DNA of 64,000 bases from an uncultured Verrucomicrobiales bacterium (GTDB taxonomy: Bacteria; Verrucomicrobiota; Verrucomicrobiia; Verrucomicrobiales; DEV007), in assembly GCA_938091905.1 (NCBI GenBank), contig CALKOM010000124.1, forward strand, positions 1 through 64,000, written 5' to 3'. The notes below the pieces were generated by a model, which saw only the letters and a list, made by a program, of their open reading frames with translations, was not told the DNA's origin and did not search any database. Positions 1 through 9,503 of this stretch are shown here, piece after piece. Made by a program: the position numbers and the translations under genes. Numbering within the stretch: position 1 is the stretch's first letter; every line of letters begins with the position of its first letter.

Positions 1-712
1 GTGTGAGACGATTCGCAAGCATCTCCGGCAGACCGGCTTTGAGGATCTTTTCCTGAGCCTTCTTAATGTCGTAATCGAGGCGACGTACCGTCACGACTTG
101 ATTGTCTACATCGTAGACTGCGTAGGAGGCACGCCAGTCGCCATCGCGTGGCTGACCGACACTTCCAACGTTGATGAAGTATTTACTAGCTTCCTCTAGT
201 CGAATGGTGTCACCCATCTCAAGCTGCACGTTTTGATCTTTCACATAGAATCGCGGCGCGTGCGTGTGGCCGAAGAAACAGACGGGCGTAAATTGATAGG
301 CAAAGCTCGCCATCGCGTCGAACTTGTTGGTCACATAGTTCCAGCCGGACGGGCTGTCCAAGGTGGCGTGGACGATGGTGAAGTCACGCACCTGACGAAC
401 GAAGCGCAGCTCCTGTAGCCATTCCTTGTCCGATTCGGAAAGCGCGTCGCGCGTCCACTCCAACGCGCGATGAGCGAGGGGATTCAAGCCGACAATCTCG
501 GTGCTCATGGAGGCCTCTTCATCATGATTACCTTTGACTACTGGGCAATCGAGCTGTTGCACGACCCGCATGCACTCGCGGGGGTTCGCGTTGTAGCCGA
601 CGATGTCACCAATACAAGTGAAGTGGGTACAATCCTGGTCAGCCGCGTCTAACAAAACCGCTTCGAGCGCTTCTAGATTCGCGTGGATATCTCCAAAGAT
701 GGCAAATTTCAT
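1..712 (-). CDS. Metallophosphoesterase (calcineurin-like) family protein; 3' end runs off the window
   Basis: Absent from the ORF track because it is truncated. My translation from ATG 712 reads MKFAIFGDIHANLEAL...GDIVGY...VKGNHD...FFGHTH...INVGSVGQPRDGD, which are the metallophosphoesterase motifs. Confidence 0.9.
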   Translation of the reverse strand, partial: MKFAIFGDIHANLEALEAVLLDAADQDCTHFTCIGDIVGYNANPRECMRVVQQLDCPVVKGNHDEEASMSTEIVGLNPLAHRALEWTRDALSESDKEWLQELRFVRQVRDFTIVHATLDSPSGWNYVTNKFDAMASFAYQFTPVCFFGHTHAPRFYVKDQNVQLEMGDTIRLEEASKYFINVGSVGQPRDGDWRASYAVYDVDNQVVTVRRLDYDIKKAQEKILKAGLPEMLANRLT

Positions 713-738
713 CCAATGAGCTTTCCTGCAACTATTAG

Positions 739-1704
739 TCAATTAGCACCACCTTGTAGCGGGCGCAAAGATTTCTTCCCGAAGGGAATACGGTTAGATT
801 TCGGGATATCTAAAACATCTTCAAGGCGCTGCATGTTAAGGACATGCCGCTTCTCGTACTGTTGGCCAACTTCGAAATTTCTTCTTAACTTTTCATAGAG
901 AGCACCAAGGTCCAGAAGGGACTTGAAACGGTCTTCTGCTGGAATGTCGAAGAGCTTCTCGAAGTAGCGAATGTGGAACAAGAAGGCAGGAGGAATACGC
1001 TCATCGGGCAGCGGGTTCGGACCACCTTTGAAGAATTTACCCAAGGCCTTCAGTTTGGAATAGGCTTCTTCTTCCTGACCGGGACAGTAGGCTAGGTTGT
1101 AAACGTGGTGGCGTTGGGCGAGTGAAGGACCGTCCATGGAATCGGCGGCGCGACCAAAGGCTTCTGCGGCACCGCAGAAGTCGCCCTTCTTTCGGACGAG
1201 AAGGTTTCCGAGGTTGCGATTGATGCCGTAGTCATTAGGCACGTAGCGTAGGCCGTTCTCTAGGAAGCGGAGAGCTTCATCAACGCTTTTCCTTGCGAGA
1301 TTCACGCGCATTGCTGTGCTGTACTTTCCTTCAGTCTCTTCTCCGAGGTAGTAGGCGACCGCGTTAAACCCCATCATCCAGCCAGCCATTTCCCAATAGC
1401 CAGCTTCTCGGGGATGGAGCTGCGTGGCCAAGAGGTAGTGTTTGGATACTTTCTCGTAATCCTTGTTCGCATAGGCCGTCGTCGCTTGTAGCTCGAACAT
1501 GGTTGCGAGGAAGGAGCGGAACCCTCCAAGAGCGGCAGCAGCACCTAACTGACCGAGTTGCTCACGCATCGAGTCGTCTGGCACCGTGACGCCCTCGCGG
1601 AAATGTGCTGCCTTCAGCCCCGCTTCGATGCGCTGCTCGAAGGGCATGCGGACCGCCCCAAAGACGATCAATAAGAGCACAGCTAACCAGCGTTTTGACG
1701 TCAT
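739..1704 (-). CDS. Membrane-anchored helical/TPR-like protein associated with the ABC transporter (PilG-like)
   Basis: ATG 1704 overlaps the permease stop (ATGA). N-terminal TM segment, LGGFRSFLA motif, then helical repeats (EALRFLENGLRYVPNDY). Confidence 0.6.
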   Translation of the reverse strand: MTSKRWLAVLLLIVFGAVRMPFEQRIEAGLKAAHFREGVTVPDDSMREQLGQLGAAAALGGFRSFLATMFELQATTAYANKDYEKVSKHYLLATQLHPREAGYWEMAGWMMGFNAVAYYLGEETEGKYSTAMRVNLARKSVDEALRFLENGLRYVPNDYGINRNLGNLLVRKKGDFCGAAEAFGRAADSMDGPSLAQRHHVYNLAYCPGQEEEAYSKLKALGKFFKGGPNPLPDERIPPAFLFHIRYFEKLFDIPAEDRFKSLLDLGALYEKLRRNFEVGQQYEKRHVLNMQRLEDVLDIPKSNRIPFGKKSLRPLQGGAN

Positions 1705-2636
1705 AGTTCTTTGTCGGCAAAGAAGAGATAGCCGGCTACGAGATAGGCAGCGATGTAACTTACCGCCAAACCGGTGATCCGGCCTAACCAACCGCTGGGC
1801 AGGGTCTCGCCAGCCACGATGCCATCGACGAGATTGAAACTCTGGAAGTTGGGAAAGACGACGCCCACGGCAGAGATGAGCAGATTACTAAAGCCGCTGA
1901 TGCCTTCGGGAGAGCTTCTCCACGAGTCCACCACAACCGGTTCAATGTAGCCAACAAAGAAGACGACAAAGGCCACGACCACGGTAAACAAGCCAGACGA
2001 GGCAAAGGTCGAGACGCAGAGCGTGATGGCTCCAAGGACCATCGCCTGTAGGCTGATCGCCACCACGGCTGCCAACAAACTCCAACTTGGGCCTTGAGCT
2101 CGGAGACTGGAAGCCTCGACTCGAGCCAAGTCTAAGCCCTCGTTCTCAATCGCTCCAGGCGCTTGCTCTGCCTCTTGTTCGGCGACCTGCATGTATTCTT
2201 GCAGATCAGAGAGGAGAGCTTCTTGGCGCAGGTAAAGGAAGGCCGAGAGCAGAATGGTCATCACAGTGACACTTACGAAAATAACGAGCATACCGCCCAG
2301 ATACTTGCCGAACAAGTATTCGAACCTCGGAACGGGCTTGGCTAGGATGGTATAAAGGGTGCGGTCCTCGATGTCCTTGGGAATGAGATTTGCTGTCGCT
2401 ACGATGGCAAAGATCGTGCAGAAGATGGACATGGCGAAGAACGACATGTCCTTCATGACCTTGAGCTGACGGGTTGGATCTTGAGTGAAGTTTTGAATCA
2501 TCAAGGTCGCCGCAAGAATGAGTGCGGAGAAGATGAGCAGAAAGTAGAATACCCGCATGCGGATAAGCTGGGTTAACGTTGTTCGAGCGATGACCCAAAT
2601 TCGCGCTGGTGAGAAGGCTTGATGAGGAGCGCTCAT
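1701..2636 (-). CDS. ABC-2 type transporter permease (PilI-like)
   Basis: Several TM segments and the motif KDIEDRTLYTILAKPVPRFEYLFGKYLG. Start chosen at MSAPHQ. Confidence 0.85.
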   Translation of the reverse strand: MSAPHQAFSPARIWVIARTTLTQLIRMRVFYFLLIFSALILAATLMIQNFTQDPTRQLKVMKDMSFFAMSIFCTIFAIVATANLIPKDIEDRTLYTILAKPVPRFEYLFGKYLGGMLVIFVSVTVMTILLSAFLYLRQEALLSDLQEYMQVAEQEAEQAPGAIENEGLDLARVEASSLRAQGPSWSLLAAVVAISLQAMVLGAITLCVSTFASSGLFTVVVAFVVFFVGYIEPVVVDSWRSSPEGISGFSNLLISAVGVVFPNFQSFNLVDGIVAGETLPSGWLGRITGLAVSYIAAYLVAGYLFFADKEL

Positions 2637-2637
2637 G

Positions 2638-3507
2638 TTAACTTCGCGTGTCCGGGCTATCACCGGAAGTTTCCTCAAGAAAGAGGCGTTCTAACGTAGT
2701 TCGAGGATGACCAGAGCGAATGAGGCTAGCACCCTCGTGTTCGGCGACTAGAGCCGTCACCTTCTCGACCAGTTCAGCTGGAGCCTTGTCTAACAGAATC
2801 TCTGTTTGATCTTCGATTGCCATCAGTTCTTCCATGGGGCCTTCTCGGCAGAGCTTGCCGTTGAAGATAATGCCCACGCGGTCGCACACTTCTTGAACTT
2901 GCTCTAACAAATGCGATGAAAGGATGACACTGATCTCCTCTTCTCTTAACTTGAGAATGAGATCCCGAATCTTGCGCGAGCCCGCAGGGTCCACTCCTGC
3001 TGTGGGTTCGTCGAGAACAACGAGGCGTGGGCGTTGAATGAGCGCCTGGGCAAGACCGATCCGCTGAAGCATGCCTTTGGAATAGCCGCTGAGCCGACGG
3101 TCGCGAGCGTGTTCGAGATCGACCAAAGCAAGAAGTTCTTTGCTGCGCTCGCTGATCTCCTTCTTGGAGAGGCCGCCGAGACGGCCATAGAAATGTAGCG
3201 TCTCTTGTCCACTAAGGAACTTGTAGAAGTAGGGATTTTCAGGAAGGAAACCTACTTCGGCTCGGCTGCTTACCTTGCGGCTGTCTTGGCCAAAGATCGC
3301 GGTCGACCCTTCGGTCGCTGAAATTAGGCCTAACAAGACCTTCATGGTGGTGGACTTGCCAGAGCCGTTTGGGCCAATCAATCCATAGATCTCGCCAGGT
3401 GCGACTTGAAGGCTCAAGTTTTTTACGGCAACGACTTGCTCGCGGTTGAGACTTGGTAGCTTGAAGACCTTTGTCAGGTCTTGAATGTCAACCGCAGGCT
3501 CCATCAA
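2638..3507 (-). CDS. ABC transporter ATP-binding protein
   Basis: Walker A GPNGSGKST, signature YSKGMLQR, Walker B VVLDEP, and the SSH switch. Confidence 0.95.
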   Translation of the reverse strand: MMEPAVDIQDLTKVFKLPSLNREQVVAVKNLSLQVAPGEIYGLIGPNGSGKSTTMKVLLGLISATEGSTAIFGQDSRKVSSRAEVGFLPENPYFYKFLSGQETLHFYGRLGGLSKKEISERSKELLALVDLEHARDRRLSGYSKGMLQRIGLAQALIQRPRLVVLDEPTAGVDPAGSRKIRDLILKLREEEISVILSSHLLEQVQEVCDRVGIIFNGKLCREGPMEELMAIEDQTEILLDKAPAELVEKVTALVAEHEGASLIRSGHPRTTLERLFLEETSGDSPDTRS

Positions 3508-4115
3508 TCTTCGAAAGGAGGCTGTGGCAGATGCTGATCGCGATCAAACGGCGGGGCTTCGTGTATAGGGATTGGCCCTTCAAGCTGGCCTTCCCAAACC
3601 AGGCGATCTTCCTCGGTGGCATAGTGACGGAGGTAGAGATGAAGGTCTTCCTCGGTGCTTCCTCCCAAGATATCGATAATGACAGCAGCATCTGGATCGA
3701 GCGGTACGTCTGCCGTGTCCAGGTTGAGGAGCGTCTCCCAAAGCATCCTGTAGAGCTCGAGGTCACTGAGGTGATTTGTATGGCTGAGATATGTCTGTTG
3801 CTGTGCTAGCCCATGAACCACTTCTTTGAGCTTTTCTGTCAGAGCCTTCGATGAAAGTGAGTCTGGACTCGGCAACCAAATGCTGGCGGTTAGTAGCCGC
3901 TTGGCGTACGTCGTCTTGGGAGCCGTCTCAAAGGCCAGGACATTTTCTAAAAAGGCTTCTTCGACATCTAGCGGCAAGTCATCGTCAGCTAACGGCAAGA
4001 CAGCTCCGGCATCCTCAAGAGCTCGGCGCAACTTATTGAGTCGAATCTCCCGATCCACGTCGTCAAGGCGATCGTGGAAGGGGTCTTCCTCATTCATGGC
4101 GTCTTCGTTAGGCAT
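3504..4115 (-). CDS. Acidic hypothetical protein
   Basis: 203-aa ORF inside the operon, with a 4-nt overlap to the ABC ATPase gene. Confidence 0.7.
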   Translation of the reverse strand: MPNEDAMNEEDPFHDRLDDVDREIRLNKLRRALEDAGAVLPLADDDLPLDVEEAFLENVLAFETAPKTTYAKRLLTASIWLPSPDSLSSKALTEKLKEVVHGLAQQQTYLSHTNHLSDLELYRMLWETLLNLDTADVPLDPDAAVIIDILGGSTEEDLHLYLRHYATEEDRLVWEGQLEGPIPIHEAPPFDRDQHLPQPPFED

Positions 4116-4127
4116 TACTCTAGAAAT

Positions 4128-5456
4128 CTAGTTGCGGACTGAAGCGGAATCCACTTGGAATGCGAGTAATTTCTCTAGGGTTCGGTTGGTGGCGCCTGCG
4201 TGCGCGCTGAGGGCCTCCTGACCTCGCTTTACCAGGGCGGTTGTTGCCTGAGGATCTTGGACCCAGGAGCAAAGAACCCCTTCCAGCGTTTCCAGACTAG
4301 AAATCTGTTCCAGTCCGCTCCTTGATGTGAGCAGCTCTGTTAGCGCGGCAAAGTTCTCCATGTGCGGTCCCACGACGACTGGGCAGCCGGCAAGAATCGG
4401 CTCGACAGGATTCTGTCCGCCTTCTCCCAGGAAGCTCTTTCCGACGATGACAGCCTGGACGAGTGCATACCATGTGCGTAGTTCGCCCGTAGAGTCGACG
4501 AGTAAGATATCTGCGCTTTCATGGCGACGTGTGGGCCAAGCGCTGCGTTGATTGGCCGAGAGTCCTGCTCTTTCGAGCTCTGCCAGGATGTCATTCGCTC
4601 GTTCGAAATGGCGTGGCACGAGAAGGAGTCGAAGCTGTGGAAGATTGACTTTCATCTTGGCAAAGATCTTTGCCACGGCGAGTTCCTCTCCCGCGTGACT
4701 ACTTCCTAACAAGACGAGGTGCTTGTCTTCAAGGTTGCCCCAAAGATCGGTGAGGATTGAACGCAAGTTGCCTAACTGCTCCTCCAAAGGATCTTGGCCT
4801 ACGGCGGGATCAAATTTAATGCTCCCAGTGCAATGAATCTTCTCCCGTTGCAAGCCGGTGGCTTCCCATCGTGGCCCATCTTGCGGCTCTTGAGTGAGTA
4901 CTGCGGTTAGACGATTGAGCGTCGGGCTAGCCAAGGCACGGAATTTTGTATAGCGATGCGCCGATCGTGGTGACAGACGTGCGTTGGCGATGACAACCGG
5001 GATGTGACGCTTTTCCGCCGTGGCGATGAGATTCGGCCACAGTTCAGATTCCATCAGGACGATGAGGGACGGATTCAGCTTGCGAAGCACACGCTCTACG
5101 ATGCCTGGCAGATCGAGCGGGTTGTAGATAACATGAACTCCGGTTGGCGCTTTGTCCTTGGCTGTGGCGTGTCCGGTGGATGACGTGGTGCTCAAGACTA
5201 ACATCTGTTCCGGGTGCTCTTTCTGGATCGCCTCAATGAGTTTGAGTGCGACGAGAACCTCGCCGACGCTTACCGCATGAATCCACCAGGGGCGTACGTT
5301 TGGTATTAGAGCAGCCGACAAGGCTTGATCGTATCGACCAAAGCGTTGTTTGAAGTTGGCACCATAGCCGCCTCGTCGGCGCATCTTGACGAGCAAGCCT
5401 GGCAGGGCAATGACCAAGTAGACTGGCAGTAGAAGGTTGTATAAGAAGAGCCCCAT
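4128..5456 (-). CDS. waaA: 3-deoxy-D-manno-octulosonic acid (Kdo) transferase
   Basis: WIHAVSVGEV, ESELWPNLI, NARLS, LLLVPRHFER and GGQNPVEP motifs. Confidence 0.93.
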   Translation of the reverse strand: MGLFLYNLLLPVYLVIALPGLLVKMRRRGGYGANFKQRFGRYDQALSAALIPNVRPWWIHAVSVGEVLVALKLIEAIQKEHPEQMLVLSTTSSTGHATAKDKAPTGVHVIYNPLDLPGIVERVLRKLNPSLIVLMESELWPNLIATAEKRHIPVVIANARLSPRSAHRYTKFRALASPTLNRLTAVLTQEPQDGPRWEATGLQREKIHCTGSIKFDPAVGQDPLEEQLGNLRSILTDLWGNLEDKHLVLLGSSHAGEELAVAKIFAKMKVNLPQLRLLLVPRHFERANDILAELERAGLSANQRSAWPTRRHESADILLVDSTGELRTWYALVQAVIVGKSFLGEGGQNPVEPILAGCPVVVGPHMENFAALTELLTSRSGLEQISSLETLEGVLCSWVQDPQATTALVKRGQEALSAHAGATNRTLEKLLAFQVDSASVRN

Positions 5457-5459
5457 CAG

Positions 5460-6017
5460 CTAGTCTGCCGGAGTGAAGAAGTGTAGATGGCTCCTACCGT
5501 AATGTCGGCTATCGACATGCGTCCATTGTTCAGAATGCAGGGGTGGATCGTTGTCGCCAGTTTCTAGGATCAGCAATCCATCCGATGCTAACGTTGAGGC
5601 TAGAGAACTCTCTAGGAGTATTATTGCATGATCGTCGTCGTTAGGGTTCTTCTTGTAAGGGGGGTCGGCGAAGACAAGATCGTAGGCTGCTTCGACTGGA
5701 GTCCTTTTGAGGAAGGCGTAGACGTCTTGATTAGCGATCTGCGCTTTGGATTCGAGGCGCGTGCGTTTGAGGTTTATTTTTAGAGCGGCGATGGCGGCGC
5801 GATCTTGATCTACGAAAGTTGCTTGATTCGCTCCCCGACTGAGGGCCTCAATTCCGAGCGCTCCACTGCCAGCGAAGAGGTCTAAGGCCCGTGCGCTTTC
5901 TGTGCGGTTGCCAAGAATGGAGAAGAGGGCTTCGCGCAAGCGATCCGTGCTTGGTCGAGCCATGGACTTAGGTGCTTCGAGTTGAAGTCGACCCGCCGTT
6001 CCGGAAATGACGCGCAT
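5460..6017 (-). CDS. rsmD: 16S rRNA m2G966 methyltransferase
   Basis: MRVISG, RPSTDRLREALFSIL, LDLFAGSGALGIEALSRGA and FADPPY motifs. Confidence 0.93.
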   Translation of the reverse strand: MRVISGTAGRLQLEAPKSMARPSTDRLREALFSILGNRTESARALDLFAGSGALGIEALSRGANQATFVDQDRAAIAALKINLKRTRLESKAQIANQDVYAFLKRTPVEAAYDLVFADPPYKKNPNDDDHAIILLESSLASTLASDGLLILETGDNDPPLHSEQWTHVDSRHYGRSHLHFFTPAD

Positions 6018-7609
6018 CAGTTTGTTTGGCTAGTTGGCGGAGACGACTCGCTGGCCTCGCGGATGAGCTTGATGGTCTCCTCGAACGTGCGCCCTTCAGA
6101 GCCAATGAAATTTGCTCTGAGTTTTGCAAAGGGGCCAGCGATCAGGAAATCCCGGAAGTAGTCTTCCCGGCCTTCGAGCTGTTGCACTTCGCGAATGCCT
6201 TGATCGGGCAACTGACTTTCAATGCGCTGGAGAACAGAACGCACCCTCTCGCTAAAGTAGAGACGAACGGCCAACTTAGCTTGGCGGTTCAGGCCGACCG
6301 CACCGCGACCTTTAAACTCCAGATTATCGGTTCTCCAGTGGATGTCTCGGAAATAGGCTGCCGGGCCTTGGATGACGAACTCCGTCGTTGCTTCGTGAAG
6401 CTCCAGTTCAACAAACTCTTTCAGACCAATATAACGACCTAACGACTCTAAGAGACCATTGCGCTCAAGGGAGGCGTCCGTCATTGCACCGGTTCCACGC
6501 CCTTGCCAAGTGTCTGGTGCGGTGAGAAAGCCTTCTGCTTCAAAAGTGCCTTCAATAACGCCTTTTGAGAAGCTGAGCCGTGAGGTGACACGAGAAACCA
6601 TAGGAGCAACTTCGATACTATTTGCTTTGAAGTTTGCTTGGAAGGGAAATCCTTGGCGGCGGGGATCGGCGATGAGTTCACCTTCAATGGTGCCGCCATC
6701 ACTCTTCGCGATGAGTCGAGCGAGAGATAGGGCTCCATCATTGCGAAGGCGAATTTCACCTTGAGCCTCCGTTGCCGTGAGTGCTCCAGCCACGGCAGCT
6801 ATGGCGGCATTAAATGAGCCTAACGTTTTCCCAAAAGTGCCTTCCTTGCGCTGAAACAGTGTAATCAGATCAAGCCTGGTTGAGACTCCCTTTATGGTGA
6901 GGAGAGGGCCGTTGCCATTCGGGCCTAGCAGCGAGATCGCTCCATCGATCACCTCCACATCGCTGAACAGGACGCGAGGAGGCTTTTTTGGGGGGGGGCG
7001 CGGAGCCGGTGGAGGCTGGTTAGCGGTTGGAGGCGCAGTAACGGGTGGAGGCTGATTTGTGGGCGACTCTTGAGGAGATCTCGAAGATGCGATCTCAGGC
7101 AGATTGGGTCGTGGTTTTTCGGTTTCTGTTAGCCTTTCGATTGATTCTTTGGGCTCCAACGTAGGCAGATCGTTCTTGGCTACGAGTATCTCGGATGGTG
7201 AACTCAATGGTTTGCTCCAAGGCAGAGCCACAGAGCCGTTCCCATGCTGGATCGTGCGTAATTTAGGCTGGTGAACGTAGATCTTCCCTAACTGAAGTGG
7301 GCGTTCAGCCAGTGACCAGAGCGAGATCTTTGCTCTAACGGAATCAGCGTGAAAGAACGGCATTTTTATCAGAAGAGCGATGTCTTCCTGATGATTCATT
7401 TTTAGGCTCGTCACCTTGATGCCTCTCCAAGGAAGGTAACTGATTGCTTCATAGGTGACTTCAGCTCCTAGTCGTTTCTCAAACGCCTGGGCTACCTTCT
7501 CACGAATTCCGGGTGACCGCAGAAAGAGGTTCACGCTGATCAAGGCCAGGACAGTGAGAGCAACCAAGAGGATGGCGGCATAGAAGATGCCTTTGCGTAG
7601 AGCCTTCAT
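6017..7609 (-). CDS. AsmA-like family protein with a Pro-rich linker
   Basis: N-terminal TM anchor, beta-rich body and an AsmA-like C-terminal region. Family assigned from architecture only. Confidence 0.6.
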   Translation of the reverse strand: MKALRKGIFYAAILLVALTVLALISVNLFLRSPGIREKVAQAFEKRLGAEVTYEAISYLPWRGIKVTSLKMNHQEDIALLIKMPFFHADSVRAKISLWSLAERPLQLGKIYVHQPKLRTIQHGNGSVALPWSKPLSSPSEILVAKNDLPTLEPKESIERLTETEKPRPNLPEIASSRSPQESPTNQPPPVTAPPTANQPPPAPRPPPKKPPRVLFSDVEVIDGAISLLGPNGNGPLLTIKGVSTRLDLITLFQRKEGTFGKTLGSFNAAIAAVAGALTATEAQGEIRLRNDGALSLARLIAKSDGGTIEGELIADPRRQGFPFQANFKANSIEVAPMVSRVTSRLSFSKGVIEGTFEAEGFLTAPDTWQGRGTGAMTDASLERNGLLESLGRYIGLKEFVELELHEATTEFVIQGPAAYFRDIHWRTDNLEFKGRGAVGLNRQAKLAVRLYFSERVRSVLQRIESQLPDQGIREVQQLEGREDYFRDFLIAGPFAKLRANFIGSEGRTFEETIKLIREASESSPPTSQTN

Positions 7610-7617
7610 GCCGTCAT

Positions 7618-8409
7618 TCAGGCCTCCATCTGATGGGATGATTTCCGCTTCGCTTCTAGGCGTGCGTCGTTGAGACCCCGTTCTTCTTCGAGCGACGCTT
7701 TCGTTGGTGTCTTTGGAGTGAGTCCTGTCATCTTCACATAAAGGAGGCCACCAAGGGCACCGCCGAAGTGGGCAAAGTGGCCCATATTAGAGATAAGGGG
7801 GATGGTGAAGGTGCTTGCTAGGGCGACGATACCCAACAAGCCAGATGAGTAAAGAAGTGCTTGGCTAAAGGAGCCACCATACATGTGTGTTTGGTAACCA
7901 AGGATCCACACGTCCAGCCGCTCATTTGCGTGGATGCAGCCGAGGCCGGCAATGAGCCCGAAGGCAGCACCGGAAGCACCTAGCAATGGCGAGCCTGGCG
8001 TTACGAGTATTTGAAAGAAGCCCCCAAGAATGCCGGAACCCAAATAGAGTCCCAGCCAATGACGCGTTCCCACATCGAGGAGGAGTTCTTTTCCGGCCAT
8101 GTAGATCACCAACATATTAAGGGAGAGATGGGTGATATGCATGCCCAAGCTAAGGTCGCCACCATGGAGGAAGAGGTGGGTCACGGGTTGCCACCATTTC
8201 CCATTTCGAAGGCCGTCCACACTGATGGCTCCCTCTTCGATGAAGTTTAGCAAAGCGGCATCACCAAGCGTGATCATGTAGGCGAAGACGAGGACATTCA
8301 CGCCGACGATGATTGTGACCACATCGATCCCTGAGCGGGTGCATAGCGGTTGTCTAAGCGCCGCCCTGGAGGCGGAGCGGACGTGCTGGGAGGGAGGCGT
8401 GGGTTCCAC
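7618..8409 (-). CDS. Rhomboid intramembrane serine protease
   Basis: WWQPVTHLFLH, HLSLNM, catalytic GASGA, and HFAHFGG. Confidence 0.9.
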   Translation of the reverse strand: MEPTPPSQHVRSASRAALRQPLCTRSGIDVVTIIVGVNVLVFAYMITLGDAALLNFIEEGAISVDGLRNGKWWQPVTHLFLHGGDLSLGMHITHLSLNMLVIYMAGKELLLDVGTRHWLGLYLGSGILGGFFQILVTPGSPLLGASGAAFGLIAGLGCIHANERLDVWILGYQTHMYGGSFSQALLYSSGLLGIVALASTFTIPLISNMGHFAHFGGALGGLLYVKMTGLTPKTPTKASLEEERGLNDARLEAKRKSSHQMEA

Positions 8410-8508
8410 CGTTCAAGGAAGCACAGGATCGAGCGAGCACCAATCCTGCTTTGTAGGTGAAAGAAGGCGGCTTGGTTCGCCGTATTCTTGAGATGTTCCC
8501 AGAACCCA

Positions 8509-8535
8509 ACCCCGGTGAGTCCTTGCAGCCGGGGT
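8509..8535. terminator. GC-rich hairpin, possible terminator downstream of the TIM-barrel gene
   Basis: ACCCCGG...CCGGGGT stem with a 13-nt loop. The U-tract is weak. Confidence 0.3.
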
Positions 8536-8582
8536 GTTTGGCCCCGATGCCCCAGAGAGAAGGGTGGCTCGAGGAGGGAGAG

Positions 8583-9497
8583 CTAGACGTCACAGAGCGC
8601 CACGGCGTGGCGGAGCGCATCGACCTTGTCTGGCCACGTAGGAATGAACTCCTGAGCGACATAGCCTTCATAGCCGGTCTCCAAGATTGCTCGCATGATG
8701 GGAGGATAATTGATCTCCTGGTTCTCATCGATTTCGCCTCGGCCAGGACAGCCGGCGGTGTGGTAATGACCGATGATATCTTTGAGTCCATGCAGGCGAC
8801 GGATGACATCTCCGTGCATGACCTGAACGTGGTAGATATCGAAGAGAAGCTTCATGTTTGGTGATCCTACCTGCTTGATCAGATCTGCGCAGTGATCGAC
8901 GTCATCTCCAAAGTAGCCAGGGTGACCTTTCATTGGATGCGTGTCATCGCGCGAGTTTAGGTGTTCGAGGCAGAGATTCACCCCCTTCTTTTCTGCGTGG
9001 CCAATGACAGATTTCCACAGCGCGACGCAGTTCTTACTTCCTTGTTCCGGTGAAATACCTGTTTCAGCCATGCCGGTAAACGTGATGACGTTAGGTGAGC
9101 CAATCTTCGCCGCGAGGTCGATGCTCTTCAGTATAGCCTCTTTGCACTTGGCGTGATTGTCAGTAGTGACAGGTCCATTGCCGAACCCATGGCTTCCGAC
9201 GATGGCAATCTTCAGGCCTAGTTCCATCACAGAGGGATAGTCCCCCGATCCGATGCCCTCGATAGCTGGCATGCCGAGGGCTTTGCAGACTTTGGCGAGC
9301 TCGACTGCTTTCATAGGATTGAAGCACCAGCCCATTACGCTTTGCTTGATACGCCCTTTTGTTACGGTGCGATTGGGGAGTTGCAGTTCTTTAGCCTCTT
9401 CTTGTGCGCGTAGAAGGGGGGAGAAAGGAATGCTAGAGAGTGCCGTAGCGCCAGTGGTGAGCAAGCGTCGTCTTGAGTAGAGAGGTGTATTAGCCAT
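8583..9497 (-). CDS. Hydroxypyruvate isomerase-like TIM-barrel protein with a Tat-like leader
   Basis: SRRRLL leader; CLEHLN, LLFDIYHVQ, HYHTAGCPGRGE, QEINYP and AQEF motifs. Confidence 0.85.
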   Translation of the reverse strand: MANTPLYSRRRLLTTGATALSSIPFSPLLRAQEEAKELQLPNRTVTKGRIKQSVMGWCFNPMKAVELAKVCKALGMPAIEGIGSGDYPSVMELGLKIAIVGSHGFGNGPVTTDNHAKCKEAILKSIDLAAKIGSPNVITFTGMAETGISPEQGSKNCVALWKSVIGHAEKKGVNLCLEHLNSRDDTHPMKGHPGYFGDDVDHCADLIKQVGSPNMKLLFDIYHVQVMHGDVIRRLHGLKDIIGHYHTAGCPGRGEIDENQEINYPPIMRAILETGYEGYVAQEFIPTWPDKVDALRHAVALCDV

Positions 9498-9503
9498 AAT
9501 AAT

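Noticed and set aside
8401..8582. 6S RNA or SRP RNA
   Set aside because: Only short look-alike words are present. I found no long closing stem and no SRP core motif.
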